DNA of 64,000 bases from Alphaproteobacteria bacterium (GCA_963665325.3 OZ224045.1:2208001-2272000); one strand, 5' to 3'; shown: positions 30,711-42,161, counted from the stretch's first letter. Numbers and translations are program-made. The notes: generated from the letters alone by a model not told the origin.

Positions 30711-32354
30711 ATGAGCGGGGAAGCGGTTCTGGGCGACGGGCGTGTCCGACCGGACTGGACGATGACGCATCTGGTCCGCGCCCGTGCGCACGAGCATGGG
30801 CGACGGGTGTTCGCGACATTCGAGGGCGGCGCGTCGCTGACCTTCGGGGGGCTCGACCGGGAGTCGGACCGGTTCGCCGCCGCGCTCGTCGCCTGCGGTG
30901 TAGGTCCGGGCGAGCGGGTGATGGTGCTGCTCGGCAACGGGCCGGAAATCCTGATCGCCTTTTTCGGCACGATGAAGGCGGGCGCCCTCATCGTGCCGAT
31001 CAACACCGAGCTAAGGGGCGCGTTCCTGGCGCACCAGGTCGATAACGCCGCGCCGGCAATGGTCGTCGCCGAAGCCGGGCTGTTGCAGGCGTTCGACGGC
31101 ATCGAGGGGCCGGTGCCGGGGCAGCTGGCCGTCGTCGGAGGCGAGATGCCCGTGGCCTTGCCGGGCCTCTTCGCCGAGAGCGCGGTCTCGACCTTCGAGA
31201 CGTTCCTGGCCGCTGGTGACGGCAATCCCGTTCCCGAAACAGTTGCCCGGCCCGGAGATATCGGGGCCATCCTCTACACATCTGGCACCACCGGGCCGTC
31301 GAAGGGCGTGCTGCTGCCCCACGGCCACCTCTTCCTCATGTCCGCCGCGACAGCGCGCGCGACCGGGCTGACGGCCGGCGACTGCTATTACGTTTCCATG
31401 CCGCTCTTCCACATAAACGCGCTCTGCGCGCAGACGATTGCGGCTCTGACCGTGGGCGCGCAGGTGCATATCGTGCGCCGCTTCAGCCCCAATCGCTGGC
31501 TGGACGAGGTCATCGCCTGCGGCGCCACGCACACCAACCTGCTGGGCGTCATGCCCGAGTTCCTGTTCAACACGCCGCCTACGCCCCGCGACCGCGACCA
31601 TCGCCTGCGCGTGACGCTGGCTGTGCCCATCGGCCCCTGGGGCAGGGAGTTCGAGGCGCGCTTCGGACTGCGCATCCTGCAGGGCTTCGGGATGACGGAA
31701 TGCGGCATGCCGTTCTGGTGCCCGCTGTCGGAGCCGGTGGAGCCGGGCTGCGCCGGCTATATCTCGGAGCAATGGTTCGAGGCCTGCGTCGCGGACCCCG
31801 AGACCGACATGCCTCTGCCGGCAGGCGAGGTCGGGGAGTTGCTGGTTCGCCCGAAAATGCCGGGCTGTTTCTCGGTCGGATACTACCGGATGCCGGAGCG
31901 CACGGTGGAGGCCTGGCGCAATTTCTGGTTCCACACGGGCGATGCCGCCCGGTTCGACGAGCGGGGCCGGCTGCACTATGTGGACCGCCTGAAGGACTGC
32001 ATCCGCCGGCGCGGCGAGAACATCTCCGCCTTCGAGGTCGAGCAGGTGCTGAACGCGCATCCCGAAATCGCCGAAAGCGCCGTGGTCGGCGTCCGGGTCG
32101 AGGGCGCCGGCGGCGAGGAGGAGGTGCTGGCGCTGCTGCTGCCAGAGAACGGCGCCCGGCTGGATCCCGTCGAGCTGCTCGACTGGTGCGTGCCCCGGAT
32201 GCCGCGCTATGCCGTGCCGCGCTTCGTCGATTTCGCCGACGGATTCGAGAAGACCGCATCGGGCAAGCTGCGCAAGGGCGATCTCCGCGATGCCGGCCTG
32301 CCGCCCGGCGCCTGGGACCGGGAAGAGGCCGGCTACACCATCGCCCGGCAGTAG
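30711..32354 (+). CDS. ATP-dependent acyl-CoA ligase (CaiC-like)
   Basis: YTSGTTGPSKG, PLFHINA, GFGMTE, WFHTGD, IRRRGENISAFEVE, KTASGKLRK. Confidence 0.92.
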   Translation: MSGEAVLGDGRVRPDWTMTHLVRARAHEHGRRVFATFEGGASLTFGGLDRESDRFAAALVACGVGPGERVMVLLGNGPEILIAFFGTMKAGALIVPINTELRGAFLAHQVDNAAPAMVVAEAGLLQAFDGIEGPVPGQLAVVGGEMPVALPGLFAESAVSTFETFLAAGDGNPVPETVARPGDIGAILYTSGTTGPSKGVLLPHGHLFLMSAATARATGLTAGDCYYVSMPLFHINALCAQTIAALTVGAQVHIVRRFSPNRWLDEVIACGATHTNLLGVMPEFLFNTPPTPRDRDHRLRVTLAVPIGPWGREFEARFGLRILQGFGMTECGMPFWCPLSEPVEPGCAGYISEQWFEACVADPETDMPLPAGEVGELLVRPKMPGCFSVGYYRMPERTVEAWRNFWFHTGDAARFDERGRLHYVDRLKDCIRRRGENISAFEVEQVLNAHPEIAESAVVGVRVEGAGGEEEVLALLLPENGARLDPVELLDWCVPRMPRYAVPRFVDFADGFEKTASGKLRKGDLRDAGLPPGAWDREEAGYTIARQ

Positions 32355-32377
32355 GGTGAAACGGAGGGTTGAGGATC

Positions 32378-33970
32378 ATGGAAGCCGATTATGTGATCGT
32401 GGGGGCGGGGTCCGCCGGTTGCGTGCTGGCCGAGCGGCTGAGCGCGGGCGGCGCGGAAGTGGTGCTGCTGGAGGCGGGCGGCAAGGACACGAACCCGCTC
32501 ATCCATGTCCCGGCCGGCGTGCTGAAGCTCATCACCCACCCGGTCGTGAACTGGAACTACTACACCGAGCCGGACGAGAAGACCGGCAACCGCGCGCTCC
32601 ATTGCCCGCGCGGCAGGGTGCTGGGCGGGTCGTCCTCGATCAACGGCATGCTGTTCATCCGCGGCAATGCCGCCGACTATGACGGCTGGGCGCAGACGGG
32701 CGCGCGCGGCTGGTCCTATGACGACGTGAAACAGCACTTCAAGAGCATCGAACGCTACGGGCCGGGCGATCCGGGGGAGCGCGGCAAGTCGGGGCCGATC
32801 CTCGTCGAAGACTACCGGACGGTCCTGCCGCTCACCCACCGCTTCGTGGAGGCGGCGCAGCAGGCGGGCCATCCGTTCGCGAAGGACCTGAGCGGCCGGC
32901 CGCCGGCGGAGGGCGTCGGCTATTCGCAGATGTCGCGCAACGGGCGTTTCCGGGGCTCGACGGCGCGCACCTTCCTGCGCGATGCACGCGGGCGGGCGAA
33001 CCTGCGCGTCGAGACCGACGCTTATGCGACCGGGCTCACCTTCGACGGCCTGCGCTGCACGGGCGTGGCCTTCCGGCAGCGCGGCAGGGACCGGCAGGTG
33101 ACGGCCGCGCGCGAGGTGATCGTCTCCGGCGGCACCGTCAACTCGCCGCACCTGCTGCATATCTCGGGCGTCGGCCCGGCGGACCGGCTGCGCGACATCG
33201 GTATCGAGGTCCGCCACGACCTGCCGGGCGTCGGCATGAACTATTCGGACCACTACACGGTGCGCATTTCCCACCGCACGCGCGGCCAGCAGTCGATCAA
33301 CCAGCTTGCGCGCGGCTGGCGGCTGGTGCGCGAGATGGCGCGCTTTGCGCTGCTCGGGAACGGCGCACTCACCTTCGGCGTCTCCAGCGCGCAATGCTAC
33401 ACCCGCTCGCGGGAGGGACTGGCCTCGCCGGATATCCAGCTCCTGTTCACGCCGGCGAGCTTCGACGACAACAATTTCGGCCGGCTGGAGCAGGAGTCCG
33501 GCATGTCGGTGGCGGTCTCCATCGCGCGCCCGTCCTCGCGCGGCGAGATCGTGGCGGTCTCCGCGGACCCGTTCCAGCGGCCGGCGATCCGCCCCAATTT
33601 CCTCGGCGACCCCGACGATATGCGCGTCGCGCTGGAGGGCATCCGCCAGGCGCGCGAGATCCTGGCCCAGCCGGCCATCGCCGGCCTCAGCCAGGGCGAA
33701 GTGTCGCCGGGACCGGAAGTGGACGGCAAGGAGGCGCTGGAGGAGTTCGTGCGCCAGACCGGGCGGACGATCTACCACATGGTCGGCACCTGCCGTATGG
33801 GCGAGGACCCGATGGCGGTGGTCGATTCGCGCCTGCGCGTGCGCGGGCTGGAAGGGCTCCGCGTGATCGACGCCTCGGTCATGCCGGCCGTAACCACCGC
33901 CAACACCAACGCCCCCACGATCATGATCGCCGAAAAGGGGGCGGGGATGATCTTGGAGGATCATGCGTAG
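32378..33970 (+). CDS. GMC oxidoreductase (choline dehydrogenase-like)
   Basis: [38 protein letters not shown]. Confidence 0.93.
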   Translation: MEADYVIVGAGSAGCVLAERLSAGGAEVVLLEAGGKDTNPLIHVPAGVLKLITHPVVNWNYYTEPDEKTGNRALHCPRGRVLGGSSSINGMLFIRGNAADYDGWAQTGARGWSYDDVKQHFKSIERYGPGDPGERGKSGPILVEDYRTVLPLTHRFVEAAQQAGHPFAKDLSGRPPAEGVGYSQMSRNGRFRGSTARTFLRDARGRANLRVETDAYATGLTFDGLRCTGVAFRQRGRDRQVTAAREVIVSGGTVNSPHLLHISGVGPADRLRDIGIEVRHDLPGVGMNYSDHYTVRISHRTRGQQSINQLARGWRLVREMARFALLGNGALTFGVSSAQCYTRSREGLASPDIQLLFTPASFDDNNFGRLEQESGMSVAVSIARPSSRGEIVAVSADPFQRPAIRPNFLGDPDDMRVALEGIRQAREILAQPAIAGLSQGEVSPGPEVDGKEALEEFVRQTGRTIYHMVGTCRMGEDPMAVVDSRLRVRGLEGLRVIDASVMPAVTTANTNAPTIMIAEKGAGMILEDHA

Positions 33971-33976
33971 GGCGGA

Positions 33977-35335
33977 CTAAGCTCCGCTACCTTGCCCGGA
34001 AGCCCGGTCGGTCGCGAAGACCAGCGCCAGGGCTGCTACGACGGGGACGGTGGCGGAGCCGAGGAACACTGTTGCGAACGCGTACAGGAACGTGCCGCCG
34101 ACGGTGTTGAAGGCGAGCATCAGGCCGGTGGCGCCGAGCACGACGCCTAGCGTGCGCGTCATCATTACGAGGCTGCCGGCGACGCCCCGGTCTCCGAGCG
34201 GCAGGCTGGCGCTCGCGACTTCGAGATAAGCGACCTGGAAGATGCCGAGCCCGGCGCCGTGCAGCAGCAGCGCGCCGGCCACGAAGGCCATGCCGGGTTC
34301 CGCGCCCCAGAGGCCGATGCCGGCAAGGCCGCCCGCGACGGCGAGCGCGCCCACTGCCGCCAGCCGCCGCCCGTCCGCCCGCTGCGCCAAGCGCCCGGCG
34401 AAGGGCGAGGCCAACGCCATGCCGAGCGGCGAGAGCGCGAGCAACACGCCGGCCGTCAGCACGTCCAGCCCGGCCACCCGGTCCAACCAGAAGGGCACGA
34501 GCAGCATCACCGCGAAGCCGACGAGATTGACCGCGATATTACTGCCGGCCGGCACCGAGAAGCTGCGCCGGCGGAAGGGCGCCAGGCGGATGATCGGCGA
34601 GGGGTGGGTGCGGAGCGCGAACCATGCGCCGGCGATGACCGCCGCCAGCAGCAGCGCGAAGCCGAACCAACCGCCGCTCGCCGCCCGGTTGATGCCGAGC
34701 AGCAGGCAGCCGATGGAGAGGACCAGCAGAGCCGCGCCGACCGCATCGAAACGGGGCCCGCCGCCCCCTGCAGCGGCGGCGGGCGGCGCGCGGAAGAGCA
34801 GCAGTGCGGCAAGCGCGATCGGCGCGCGAAACCAGAACACGCCGGCCCAGCCCATAGTATCCACCAGCAGGCCGCCGAGCGAGGGGCCGACCGCGCCGCC
34901 GAGCGCAAACAGCAGCGTATAGGCGCCGAGCACCCGCGCGCGCGACGACTCCGGGAAGTAAGCCGTCGCCAGCGCCGGGCCGACGGCAAGGACCATTGCC
35001 GTGCCGATGCCCTGGGCGACGCGCGCCGCCAGCAGAATTTCGAAGGCCGGCGCGAGCGCGCAGGCGACGAAGGCGGCGACGCTCCAGGCCAGCCCGATGC
35101 GGAACAGCCGCGCATGGCCGAACAGGTCTCCCAGCCGCCCGCAGACCAGCATCAGGCTCGCATAGGTCAGCACGTAGCAGATCACGACCCACTGGATGTC
35201 GGCGAGCTCGATACCGAGGCTGCGGACGATATCGGGAAAGGCGATGTTGACGGCCGTGTCGAGCGAGCCGATGGCCGTGCCCAGCCCCACGACGACGACG
35301 CCCGCCGCCGCCCGCCTGCCCGGACCGCCCGTCAT
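33977..35335 (-). CDS. MFS transporter (DHA2-like, 14 TM)
   Basis: LDTAVNIAFPDI, QWVVICY, GRLGDLFG, ARVAQGIG; multiple hydrophobic helices. Confidence 0.9.
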   Translation of the reverse strand: MTGGPGRRAAAGVVVVGLGTAIGSLDTAVNIAFPDIVRSLGIELADIQWVVICYVLTYASLMLVCGRLGDLFGHARLFRIGLAWSVAAFVACALAPAFEILLAARVAQGIGTAMVLAVGPALATAYFPESSRARVLGAYTLLFALGGAVGPSLGGLLVDTMGWAGVFWFRAPIALAALLLFRAPPAAAAGGGGPRFDAVGAALLVLSIGCLLLGINRAASGGWFGFALLLAAVIAGAWFALRTHPSPIIRLAPFRRRSFSVPAGSNIAVNLVGFAVMLLVPFWLDRVAGLDVLTAGVLLALSPLGMALASPFAGRLAQRADGRRLAAVGALAVAGGLAGIGLWGAEPGMAFVAGALLLHGAGLGIFQVAYLEVASASLPLGDRGVAGSLVMMTRTLGVVLGATGLMLAFNTVGGTFLYAFATVFLGSATVPVVAALALVFATDRASGQGSGA

Positions 35336-35362
35336 TGCGCGGTGTTTCCCTCGCGCCCCCGC

Positions 35363-36448
35363 CTAACGGAACTTCGGCATGATCTCTTCGGCGAACTGGC
35401 GGAAATTGCGCCGGTCCACGGCTTTGGGCGGCAGCAGCACGATCTCCCGGCAGCCTGCGTTCTCCATCGCCCGGATGCGCTCCACGATCAGGTCCGGCTC
35501 GCCGACCAGGCCGCCCGTCGCCTGCACCATGGCAGGCGTCACGAAACGGTGTTCCGCCTCGGGCAGATAGGAGCAGTGGCCGAGATGGACGCGGAGATGC
35601 ATCCGGTCGTCCGGGATGCCGAGGTCCGCGAGGAAGCGGTTGTAGAGGTCCCAGTCGTCGCGCGCATAGTCGGGGATGAAACCATCATGGCCGACGATAC
35701 GCGCATGCTCCCACCAGTAATGCAAGGTCGCGCCGACTTGCGCGCCGATCTCCTCGACGATATGCGGGTCGCTCACCTTGTCGCCCGGCTTCATCGCGCA
35801 GAAGAAGGTGAGGGTGGAGGCGTGGAAATCCTCCGGCAGCTTGCGGCCCGCCTTCTCGGCCCCGGCCCTCGCGCGGTCGAGATTGCGCGCCATGACGCCG
35901 AGCGGCTCCGCGCCCGCGCAGATGCGCCCGTCGCCGAGCTCGCCCGCGATCTCCAGTGCCATCGGGCCGTTGGCGGCGACATGGATCGGTACGGGCGGCT
36001 CGAACCCGATGAAGCCCATATCCCGGTTCTGGAATTGGATCGGGCGTGTCACGCCGTCATGGGTGAACTCCACCTCCTCGCCATGCAGTAGGCCGCGCAC
36101 CACGCGCAGATAATCCCGGAAGGCGCGGGGCTTCATCGGCTTGAGCCCCATGATGCGCATGGCGGTGTGGCCGGTGCCGATGCCGAGAAAGGCGCGCCCG
36201 GGCGCGAGCCGGTTGACCGAAGCGATGGAATGCGCGGTGACGGGGGCCAGCCGCGTGCCGGGAATGGCGACCCCGGTGCCGAGCCGGATGCGCGAGGTAT
36301 TGGCGGCCGCCAGCGCCAGCACGGCGTAGCAGTCCGACCAGATCATCTGGCTGTCCGGCGCCCAGCCGGAATCGTAGCCGAGCTCCTCGGCGAGCTTCAG
36401 CGTCTGCCACTCGTCGATCTTGGTGTTGACCATCGCGCCGAACTGCAT
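35363..36448 (-). CDS. LLM class flavin-dependent oxidoreductase
   Basis: AEELGYDSGW.PDSQ, TSRIRLGTGV, APGRAFLGIGTG, PIHVAANGP...AGELGDG. Confidence 0.9.
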   Translation of the reverse strand: MQFGAMVNTKIDEWQTLKLAEELGYDSGWAPDSQMIWSDCYAVLALAAANTSRIRLGTGVAIPGTRLAPVTAHSIASVNRLAPGRAFLGIGTGHTAMRIMGLKPMKPRAFRDYLRVVRGLLHGEEVEFTHDGVTRPIQFQNRDMGFIGFEPPVPIHVAANGPMALEIAGELGDGRICAGAEPLGVMARNLDRARAGAEKAGRKLPEDFHASTLTFFCAMKPGDKVSDPHIVEEIGAQVGATLHYWWEHARIVGHDGFIPDYARDDWDLYNRFLADLGIPDDRMHLRVHLGHCSYLPEAEHRFVTPAMVQATGGLVGEPDLIVERIRAMENAGCREIVLLPPKAVDRRNFRQFAEEIMPKFR

Positions 36449-36599
36449 GGGGGCGTTTCCTTCCGTCGCAAGCTCCGGACTATAGCCCCGCCGGCGGCGG
36501 GGCCGCGAGGAGCGACTTGCGCTCTGGACGGCCGCTATGGTCGCGTGCTTTACCGGCCGCCTGCACGACGACTGGCTCAACCGGCGGATGGACGGACCC

Positions 36600-37736
36600 A
36601 TGACGATTTCCGAACCCGCGTTCACACTGGGCGTCGAAGAGGAATATCTCCTGGTCGATGCGGAGACGGGCGACCTGGCGTCGGACCCGCCCGAAAGCCT
36701 GATCGACGAATGCGCCAGCGAACTCGGCGAGCAGGTCACCAACGAATTCCTTCGGGCCCAGATGGAGATCGGCACGCGGGTCTGCGCCGACATCGGCGAG
36801 GTCCGGCAGGAATTGCGCCGCTTGCGCGGCGGCGTCGCCCGGGCGTGCGGCAATCACGGGCTCGCTCCCGTCGCGGCCTCGACGCACCCCTTCGGCGACT
36901 GGCGCCAGCAGGACTATGTCCACAAGGAGCGCTATGAGGGCCTCGCCCATGACATGCAGGCCGTGGCCTACCGCCTGCTCATCTGCGGCATGCATGTCCA
37001 TGTCGGCATTGAGGACGAGGAGCTGCGGATCGATCTGATGAACCAGGTGCGCTACTTCCTGCCGCACCTGCTCTGCCTCACGACATCCTCGCCCTTCTGG
37101 CAGGGCCGCGACACGGGGCTCTCGTCATATCGGCTCACCGTCTTCGACAGCCTGCCGCGCACCGGCCTGCCAGAGCCGCTGGCCAGCTGGAGCGAATATG
37201 AGCGCCTGGTTGAGCACATGACCAGCTCCGGCCTGCTGGAGGACGGATCCAAGATCTGGTGGGACCTCCGGCCCAGTTCGCGTTTTCCGACGCTCGAAAT
37301 GCGGATCTGCGACGTTTGCCCCGACATGGAAGACGCGCTGACCGTGGCGGCGATGTTCCAGTGCATCCTGCGCATGCTCTACCGCCTGCGGGTCGGCAAC
37401 CAGCGCTGGCGCGAATATCCCAACATGCTGATCCAGGAAAACCGCTGGCTGGCGCAGCGCTATGGCAGCCAAAGCCACCTGGTGGACTTCGGCAAGCGCG
37501 CGCTCGTTCCGCTGGCCGACCTGACCGAAGAGCTGCTGGAGCTCGTGCAAGAAGATGCCGAGGCGCTGGGCTGCACGGCCGAGGTGGAACGCGCCCGGAA
37601 AATCGTCAGGCAGGGCACATCGGCCGAACGCCAGAGGGCGGTTTATGAAGCCTCGAGCGGCGATGCCAACAGCGACGAGGCCCTGCGCGCGGTCGTCCGC
37701 AGCCTGGCGGCCGAAACCGTCAGCGGCCTGGCCTGA
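36600..37736 (+). CDS. Carboxylate-amine ligase / glutamate-cysteine ligase type 2 (YbdK family)
   Basis: TLGVEEEYLLVD, STHPF, GMHVHVG, SSPFWQGRDTG, WWDLRP, LEMRICD, ENRW.AQRYG. Confidence 0.92.
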   Translation: MTISEPAFTLGVEEEYLLVDAETGDLASDPPESLIDECASELGEQVTNEFLRAQMEIGTRVCADIGEVRQELRRLRGGVARACGNHGLAPVAASTHPFGDWRQQDYVHKERYEGLAHDMQAVAYRLLICGMHVHVGIEDEELRIDLMNQVRYFLPHLLCLTTSSPFWQGRDTGLSSYRLTVFDSLPRTGLPEPLASWSEYERLVEHMTSSGLLEDGSKIWWDLRPSSRFPTLEMRICDVCPDMEDALTVAAMFQCILRMLYRLRVGNQRWREYPNMLIQENRWLAQRYGSQSHLVDFGKRALVPLADLTEELLELVQEDAEALGCTAEVERARKIVRQGTSAERQRAVYEASSGDANSDEALRAVVRSLAAETVSGLA

Positions 37737-37743
37737 CCCCGCT

Positions 37744-38685
37744 TCAGGCGATGTGCAGGACTGCCTTGCCAGGGAAGCGGCGCTCGATCAGGTCGTCGGC
37801 GGCGCGCGCGACTTCATCCCAGGAGGCCTCCCGCTCGATGGCGGTATCCAGCCGGCCTTGTTCGACCAGGCGCAGCAGGCGCGCGAGATGGTCCCGCGGC
37901 GGCGCGATCTCGCTCTTGTAGTAGAGATGAAATCCCAGGATGCGGGCGAGGCCGCGGGTCATGAAATCTCCGATGGCGACGGAGATGGCGGGCGCGGCGG
38001 TGACGCCGTAGCAGACCGCTAACCCCTCCGGTCCGAGCGCGCGCACGCCTGCTTCGAGGATCGGCCCCGCAACGCCGTCAACCACCAGCCGATAGGGCCC
38101 GGCGGCCTCAATGCCGCTGCCGTCCGGACTGACGAGGACCGTGCCGAGGCCGATCCGGTCGGCAAAGGCGCGCTGGTCCTCGCGCCTTACCTGGGAGACC
38201 ACCTCCGCGCCGCCAAGGCGCGCAAGCTGGGCGGCGAACACGCCCACACCGCCGGTCGCCCCGGTCACCAGCACGCGCGCGCCGATGAGGCAGTCGCCCG
38301 CGTCGATGGAGTGCAGCGCCGTAAGCCCGGCCACGGGCAGCGTCGCCGCAGCGGCGTCGCTCACGCCGTCCGGTATCGAGCAGAGATAGGAGCCGGGGAT
38401 CGCCGTGCGCTCGGCCCAGCCCTCCATGCGCGGCGAAAAGCCGACGACGCGCGCGCCCTCCGGCGGGCTGGAGCCGTCCGCCGCCGCCCGCTCGACGGTG
38501 CCCGCAATGTCCCAGCCGATACGGATCGGCCGGTCCGCGCGCTCCGACCGGCGCACCTCGCCGCGATTGAGCGAAAAGGCGGTGACGCGCACCAGCGCTT
38601 CGTTGGAGAAAGGCGGGCGCTCCTCGACCTCGGCAATTTCCAGGCGATGCGGGCTGCCGGGCTTGGCGCGAACGGCGCGGATCAT
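37744..38685 (-). CDS. MDR-family quinone oxidoreductase-like protein
   Basis: VRVTAFSLNRGE, GWDIAGTV, AATLPVAGLTA, VLVTGATGGVG, GKAVL. Confidence 0.88.
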   Translation of the reverse strand: MIRAVRAKPGSPHRLEIAEVEERPPFSNEALVRVTAFSLNRGEVRRSERADRPIRIGWDIAGTVERAAADGSSPPEGARVVGFSPRMEGWAERTAIPGSYLCSIPDGVSDAAAATLPVAGLTALHSIDAGDCLIGARVLVTGATGGVGVFAAQLARLGGAEVVSQVRREDQRAFADRIGLGTVLVSPDGSGIEAAGPYRLVVDGVAGPILEAGVRALGPEGLAVCYGVTAAPAISVAIGDFMTRGLARILGFHLYYKSEIAPPRDHLARLLRLVEQGRLDTAIEREASWDEVARAADDLIERRFPGKAVLHIA

Positions 38686-39668
38686 GGCGATACCTCCAGC
38701 AGGACCTTGCCCCAGGTGCGGCGCGAGGCCAGCGCGCGAAGGGCAGCGGGCAAGTCGTCCAGCGGGTAGCGGGCGGAGACGACGGGCTCGATCTCGCCGC
38801 GCGCGAGCATGGCGTAGCAGTCCGCGACCACCTCGTGAGTGTATTCGGGGTGGCTTCGGAAATAACCGCCCCAGATGGCGCCGACGGCCGAGGCGTTCTT
38901 CAGAAGCAGACGGTTGGCGGCGATCTGCTGGATGGCCCCGCCGGCGAAGCCGATGATGAGCGCGCGGCCCTCGACGGCAATGACCTTGAGCGCAAGATTG
39001 AACACCTCGCCCCCCACAGGGTCGAAGATGACGTCCGCGCCGCGCCCGCCGGTCGCCTCGCGCACGGCCTCGACCCAGCCGTCGTCGGTGTAGTCGAGCG
39101 CAAGTTCGGCCCCGTGCTCGCGGCAGACGGCGAGCTTCTCCCCGCTGCCGGCAAGCGCGATCACATGTGCGCCCCAGGCCCTGCCGATCTGGATCGCCGC
39201 AAGGCCGGACCCGCCGGCCCCGGCCGTCACCAGCAGCCACTCCCCGGCCTTGAGCCCGCCCCGCCGGCCGAGCGCGATATGGCCGGTCGGATAGACCACC
39301 GGCACGCAGGCGGCGAGGTCCATTGCCACGCCGTCCGGTATGAGATTGATCTGCAGGTCGTCGACGAGCGCATATTCGGCGAATGCGCCCCAGTAGGGCT
39401 GCGCGGCGACGCGCTGGCCGACCTTGCAACTCGAGCCGGGGCCGACGGCCGCGATCTCGCCCGACAGCTCGCAGCCGGGCGTGAACGGGAAGTCCGGCTT
39501 CATCTGGTATTTGCCCTGAACCATCAGGATATCGAGGAAGTTGAGCGCGGCCGTATGCACCTTGACCACCGCCTGGCCCGGCCCCGGCTCCGGGCGCGCT
39601 ACGGTCTCGAACGCCATGTCTTCGGGCTCGCAGAATTCGTTTACCCGCCATGCCCGCATCTCGCTCAT
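38682..39668 (-). CDS. NADPH:quinone oxidoreductase family (MDR)
   Basis: LNFLDIL..QGKYQ.KP.FPFTPG, LLVTAGAGGSG, DVIFDPVGG, IGFAGG, GKVLL. Confidence 0.92.
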   Translation of the reverse strand: MSEMRAWRVNEFCEPEDMAFETVARPEPGPGQAVVKVHTAALNFLDILMVQGKYQMKPDFPFTPGCELSGEIAAVGPGSSCKVGQRVAAQPYWGAFAEYALVDDLQINLIPDGVAMDLAACVPVVYPTGHIALGRRGGLKAGEWLLVTAGAGGSGLAAIQIGRAWGAHVIALAGSGEKLAVCREHGAELALDYTDDGWVEAVREATGGRGADVIFDPVGGEVFNLALKVIAVEGRALIIGFAGGAIQQIAANRLLLKNASAVGAIWGGYFRSHPEYTHEVVADCYAMLARGEIEPVVSARYPLDDLPAALRALASRRTWGKVLLEVSP

Positions 39669-39737
39669 CCGCCTGGCTCCTGTCGTCTTCGGGTCCTGTC
39701 CGGCAATCGATAACGCCTTTGCCGGAAGCGCGCCAGT

Positions 39738-40721
39738 TCAGCCGAGCCAGGCCCGGCAGCCGGTTGCCCCCAGCACGGGATCGACGGCGGCGCGGTCGGA
39801 GAGCACGGCATATTTCTCGCGGAGCGCGCGGAGCGAGCGGGCATGGTAGCGCTGCGGCGCCTGGGTCCACCGGCCGCCGGCGATCTCGACAGTGAAGGTC
39901 TCCGCGCCGTCGGCAATGGCGCGGGCATTGGCGTCCGACCAGGGCAGGAACCGCGCGCCGACTTCCTCGGCGAGCAGCGGCGTCAGCGTCGGCGCGAGCG
40001 CGTCCCATGCCTCGAACGGCCCCTCGGCCCCGGGGTCCTGCATTCGTTGGCACCAGTCGCGCGTGTGGGGCGGCACGAGGCGGCTGCCGGTCGGGTCGGT
40101 CCAGGCCTCCCAGACCTGGGCCGCAATGCCGAAATCCGCGAAGGCGGGCCGGGCGCCGAACAGGTAGCGGCGGCCCTCCAGATGCGCCTCCAGCAGTTCC
40201 AGCTGGCGGGCGAAAGACGCCTCGATGATCGGCGCCGTCACAAGCGAGGAGCCGACGAAGCTGACGCGCGGCACCATGCGCTCGCGCACCCCGCGGGCGC
40301 GCTCGGCCACCGTCGCCTCGTTCGCATCGGGCAGCATGGAGCGGGCGATGCGCTCCGCCGCCGAGATCTGGTCCGCATCGTCGCGCCAGCGGTAGTGGAA
40401 CATGTGCTTGTTGCCCCACTCGTCGCCATATTCCTCGAGAAGCGCGGAGAGAAAGGCGAGCATCGGGTCTTCGGGCTGGGTCGCCGGCTCCGGGTAGGCC
40501 GCCTCGAACCGCTCCATGATGGGCGTGGAGTCCTGGACACCCTCGCCCTCGGGCGTGATGACCAGCGGCACGAGCGGCAGCCGCGCATGGGCGTCGTATT
40601 CGGCCCGGTTCTCCGGCGTGCGCGTCAGCCAGTCATGCGCGATGCCCTTGAAGCGGAACCAGCCGCGTACCTTCACCGAATAGGGCGAAAGCTCCGACCC
40701 GAAAATGCGATAGCGCGCCAC
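39738..40721 (-). CDS. Glutathione S-transferase family protein
   Basis: IFGSELSPYSVKVR, LVPLV, QDSTPI, EEYGDEWGNKHMFHYRW, YLFGARPAFADF; GTG start. Confidence 0.88.
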   Translation of the reverse strand: MARYRIFGSELSPYSVKVRGWFRFKGIAHDWLTRTPENRAEYDAHARLPLVPLVITPEGEGVQDSTPIMERFEAAYPEPATQPEDPMLAFLSALLEEYGDEWGNKHMFHYRWRDDADQISAAERIARSMLPDANEATVAERARGVRERMVPRVSFVGSSLVTAPIIEASFARQLELLEAHLEGRRYLFGARPAFADFGIAAQVWEAWTDPTGSRLVPPHTRDWCQRMQDPGAEGPFEAWDALAPTLTPLLAEEVGARFLPWSDANARAIADGAETFTVEIAGGRWTQAPQRYHARSLRALREKYAVLSDRAAVDPVLGATGCRAWLG

Positions 40722-40782
40722 GGCAAGCGCCTCTCTGATGCGAGGCTTCGACCATGCCAGCGAGTCCCGCTGCGGGGCAAGG

Positions 40783-42156
40783 CTACCGCTGGCCATCCTC
40801 GGCATAGGGGTTGGTGCCAGCGCGCAGCAGGATGCGGATGGGCACGCCCGGCAGGTCGAAGTCGCGCCGGAGGCCGTTGGCCAAATAGCGGACATAGGAC
40901 TCCGGCACGGCAGAGGGGCGCGAGCCGAAGATCGCCACTGTCGGCGGGCGGCGCTTGACCTGGGAGGCGTAGCGCAGCTTGAGGCGCCTGCCCTTGACGA
41001 TGGGAGGGGGATGCGCCTCCAGCGCTTCGCGGAGCCAGCGGTTGAGCGCGCCCGTCGGGATGCGTCGGCTCCAGATATCGCGGCTCTCGAACGCCGTCCG
41101 GACCAACCGGTCGACACCGCGCCCGGAGACAGCGGAGACCGTCAGCAGCGGCACGTCTCGCACCTGCGGCAGGGATGTCTCGATCCGGTCCCGCAGCCCG
41201 CCCAGCACTTCCGGGGCGTCGCGGACAAGGTCCCACTTGTTCGCTGCGAGCACGAGCGCGCGGCCTTCCTCTATCGTCCGGGCCGCAATAGTGAGGTCCT
41301 GACGCTCCAGTCCATCCGCTGAGTCCAGGAGCAGCACGACCACTTCGGCAAAGCGGATCGCACGGTCGGTATCCGCCGCCGAGAGCCGTTCGATCCGGTC
41401 CTGCACGCGGGCGCGGCGGCGCAGGCCGGCCGTGTCCACCAGGCGGACGGGCCGGCCCTTCCAGGACATATCGACGGCGATTGCGTCGCGGGTCACGCCG
41501 GGTTCCGGCCCGGTCAGCAGGCGGTCCTCGCCCAGAAGCCGATTGATAAGCGTCGATTTGCCCACATTGGGCCGGCCGACAATGGCGAGCTTGAGCGGGC
41601 CCGCCGCCTCACCGTCCTCGTCGTCCTCGTCCAGGTCTTCGTCCTCTTCCGGAGCGGGCGCTTCGATGAAGGGTGCCAGAGCTTCGTAGAGGTCGGCCAG
41701 CCCCTCGCCATGCTCTGCCGATATCGCGACAGGCGCACCGAAGCCGAGCTCATAGGCTTCGAAGGCTCCTTCCATGCCGCGCCCCGACTCGGCCTTGTTC
41801 GCCGCCAACACCACCGGCGCGGGCCCCCGGCGCAGCCAGGCGCCGAAATGCCGGTCGAGCGCCGTCACCCCGGCGCGGGCGTCGATCAGGAAGAGCGCCG
41901 CATCGGCCCCGGCGAGCGCCGCTTCGGTCTGGCGGCGCATGGCGGCTTCGAGCGCGCCGGCGGGTGCGTCCTCCAGCCCGGCGGTATCCACCACCGTGAA
42001 CTCCGCGCCGCCCAGCGAGGCTGCCCCCTCGCGGCGGTCGCGGGTCACGCCCGGTCGGTCGTCCACAATCGCCTCGCGCCGTCCGACGAGGCGGTTGAAC
42101 AGAGTCGATTTGCCGACATTAGGCCGTCCGACGATAGCGATAACGGCGTCCGCCAT
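40783..42156 (-). CDS. der: Ribosome biogenesis GTPase Der
   Basis: Two [10 protein letters not shown]-loops, two DTAG motifs, acidic linker, KH-like C-terminus. Confidence 0.97.
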   Translation of the reverse strand: MADAVIAIVGRPNVGKSTLFNRLVGRREAIVDDRPGVTRDRREGAASLGGAEFTVVDTAGLEDAPAGALEAAMRRQTEAALAGADAALFLIDARAGVTALDRHFGAWLRRGPAPVVLAANKAESGRGMEGAFEAYELGFGAPVAISAEHGEGLADLYEALAPFIEAPAPEEDEDLDEDDEDGEAAGPLKLAIVGRPNVGKSTLINRLLGEDRLLTGPEPGVTRDAIAVDMSWKGRPVRLVDTAGLRRRARVQDRIERLSAADTDRAIRFAEVVVLLLDSADGLERQDLTIAARTIEEGRALVLAANKWDLVRDAPEVLGGLRDRIETSLPQVRDVPLLTVSAVSGRGVDRLVRTAFESRDIWSRRIPTGALNRWLREALEAHPPPIVKGRRLKLRYASQVKRRPPTVAIFGSRPSAVPESYVRYLANGLRRDFDLPGVPIRILLRAGTNPYAEDGQR

Positions 42157-42161
42157 GGCGG

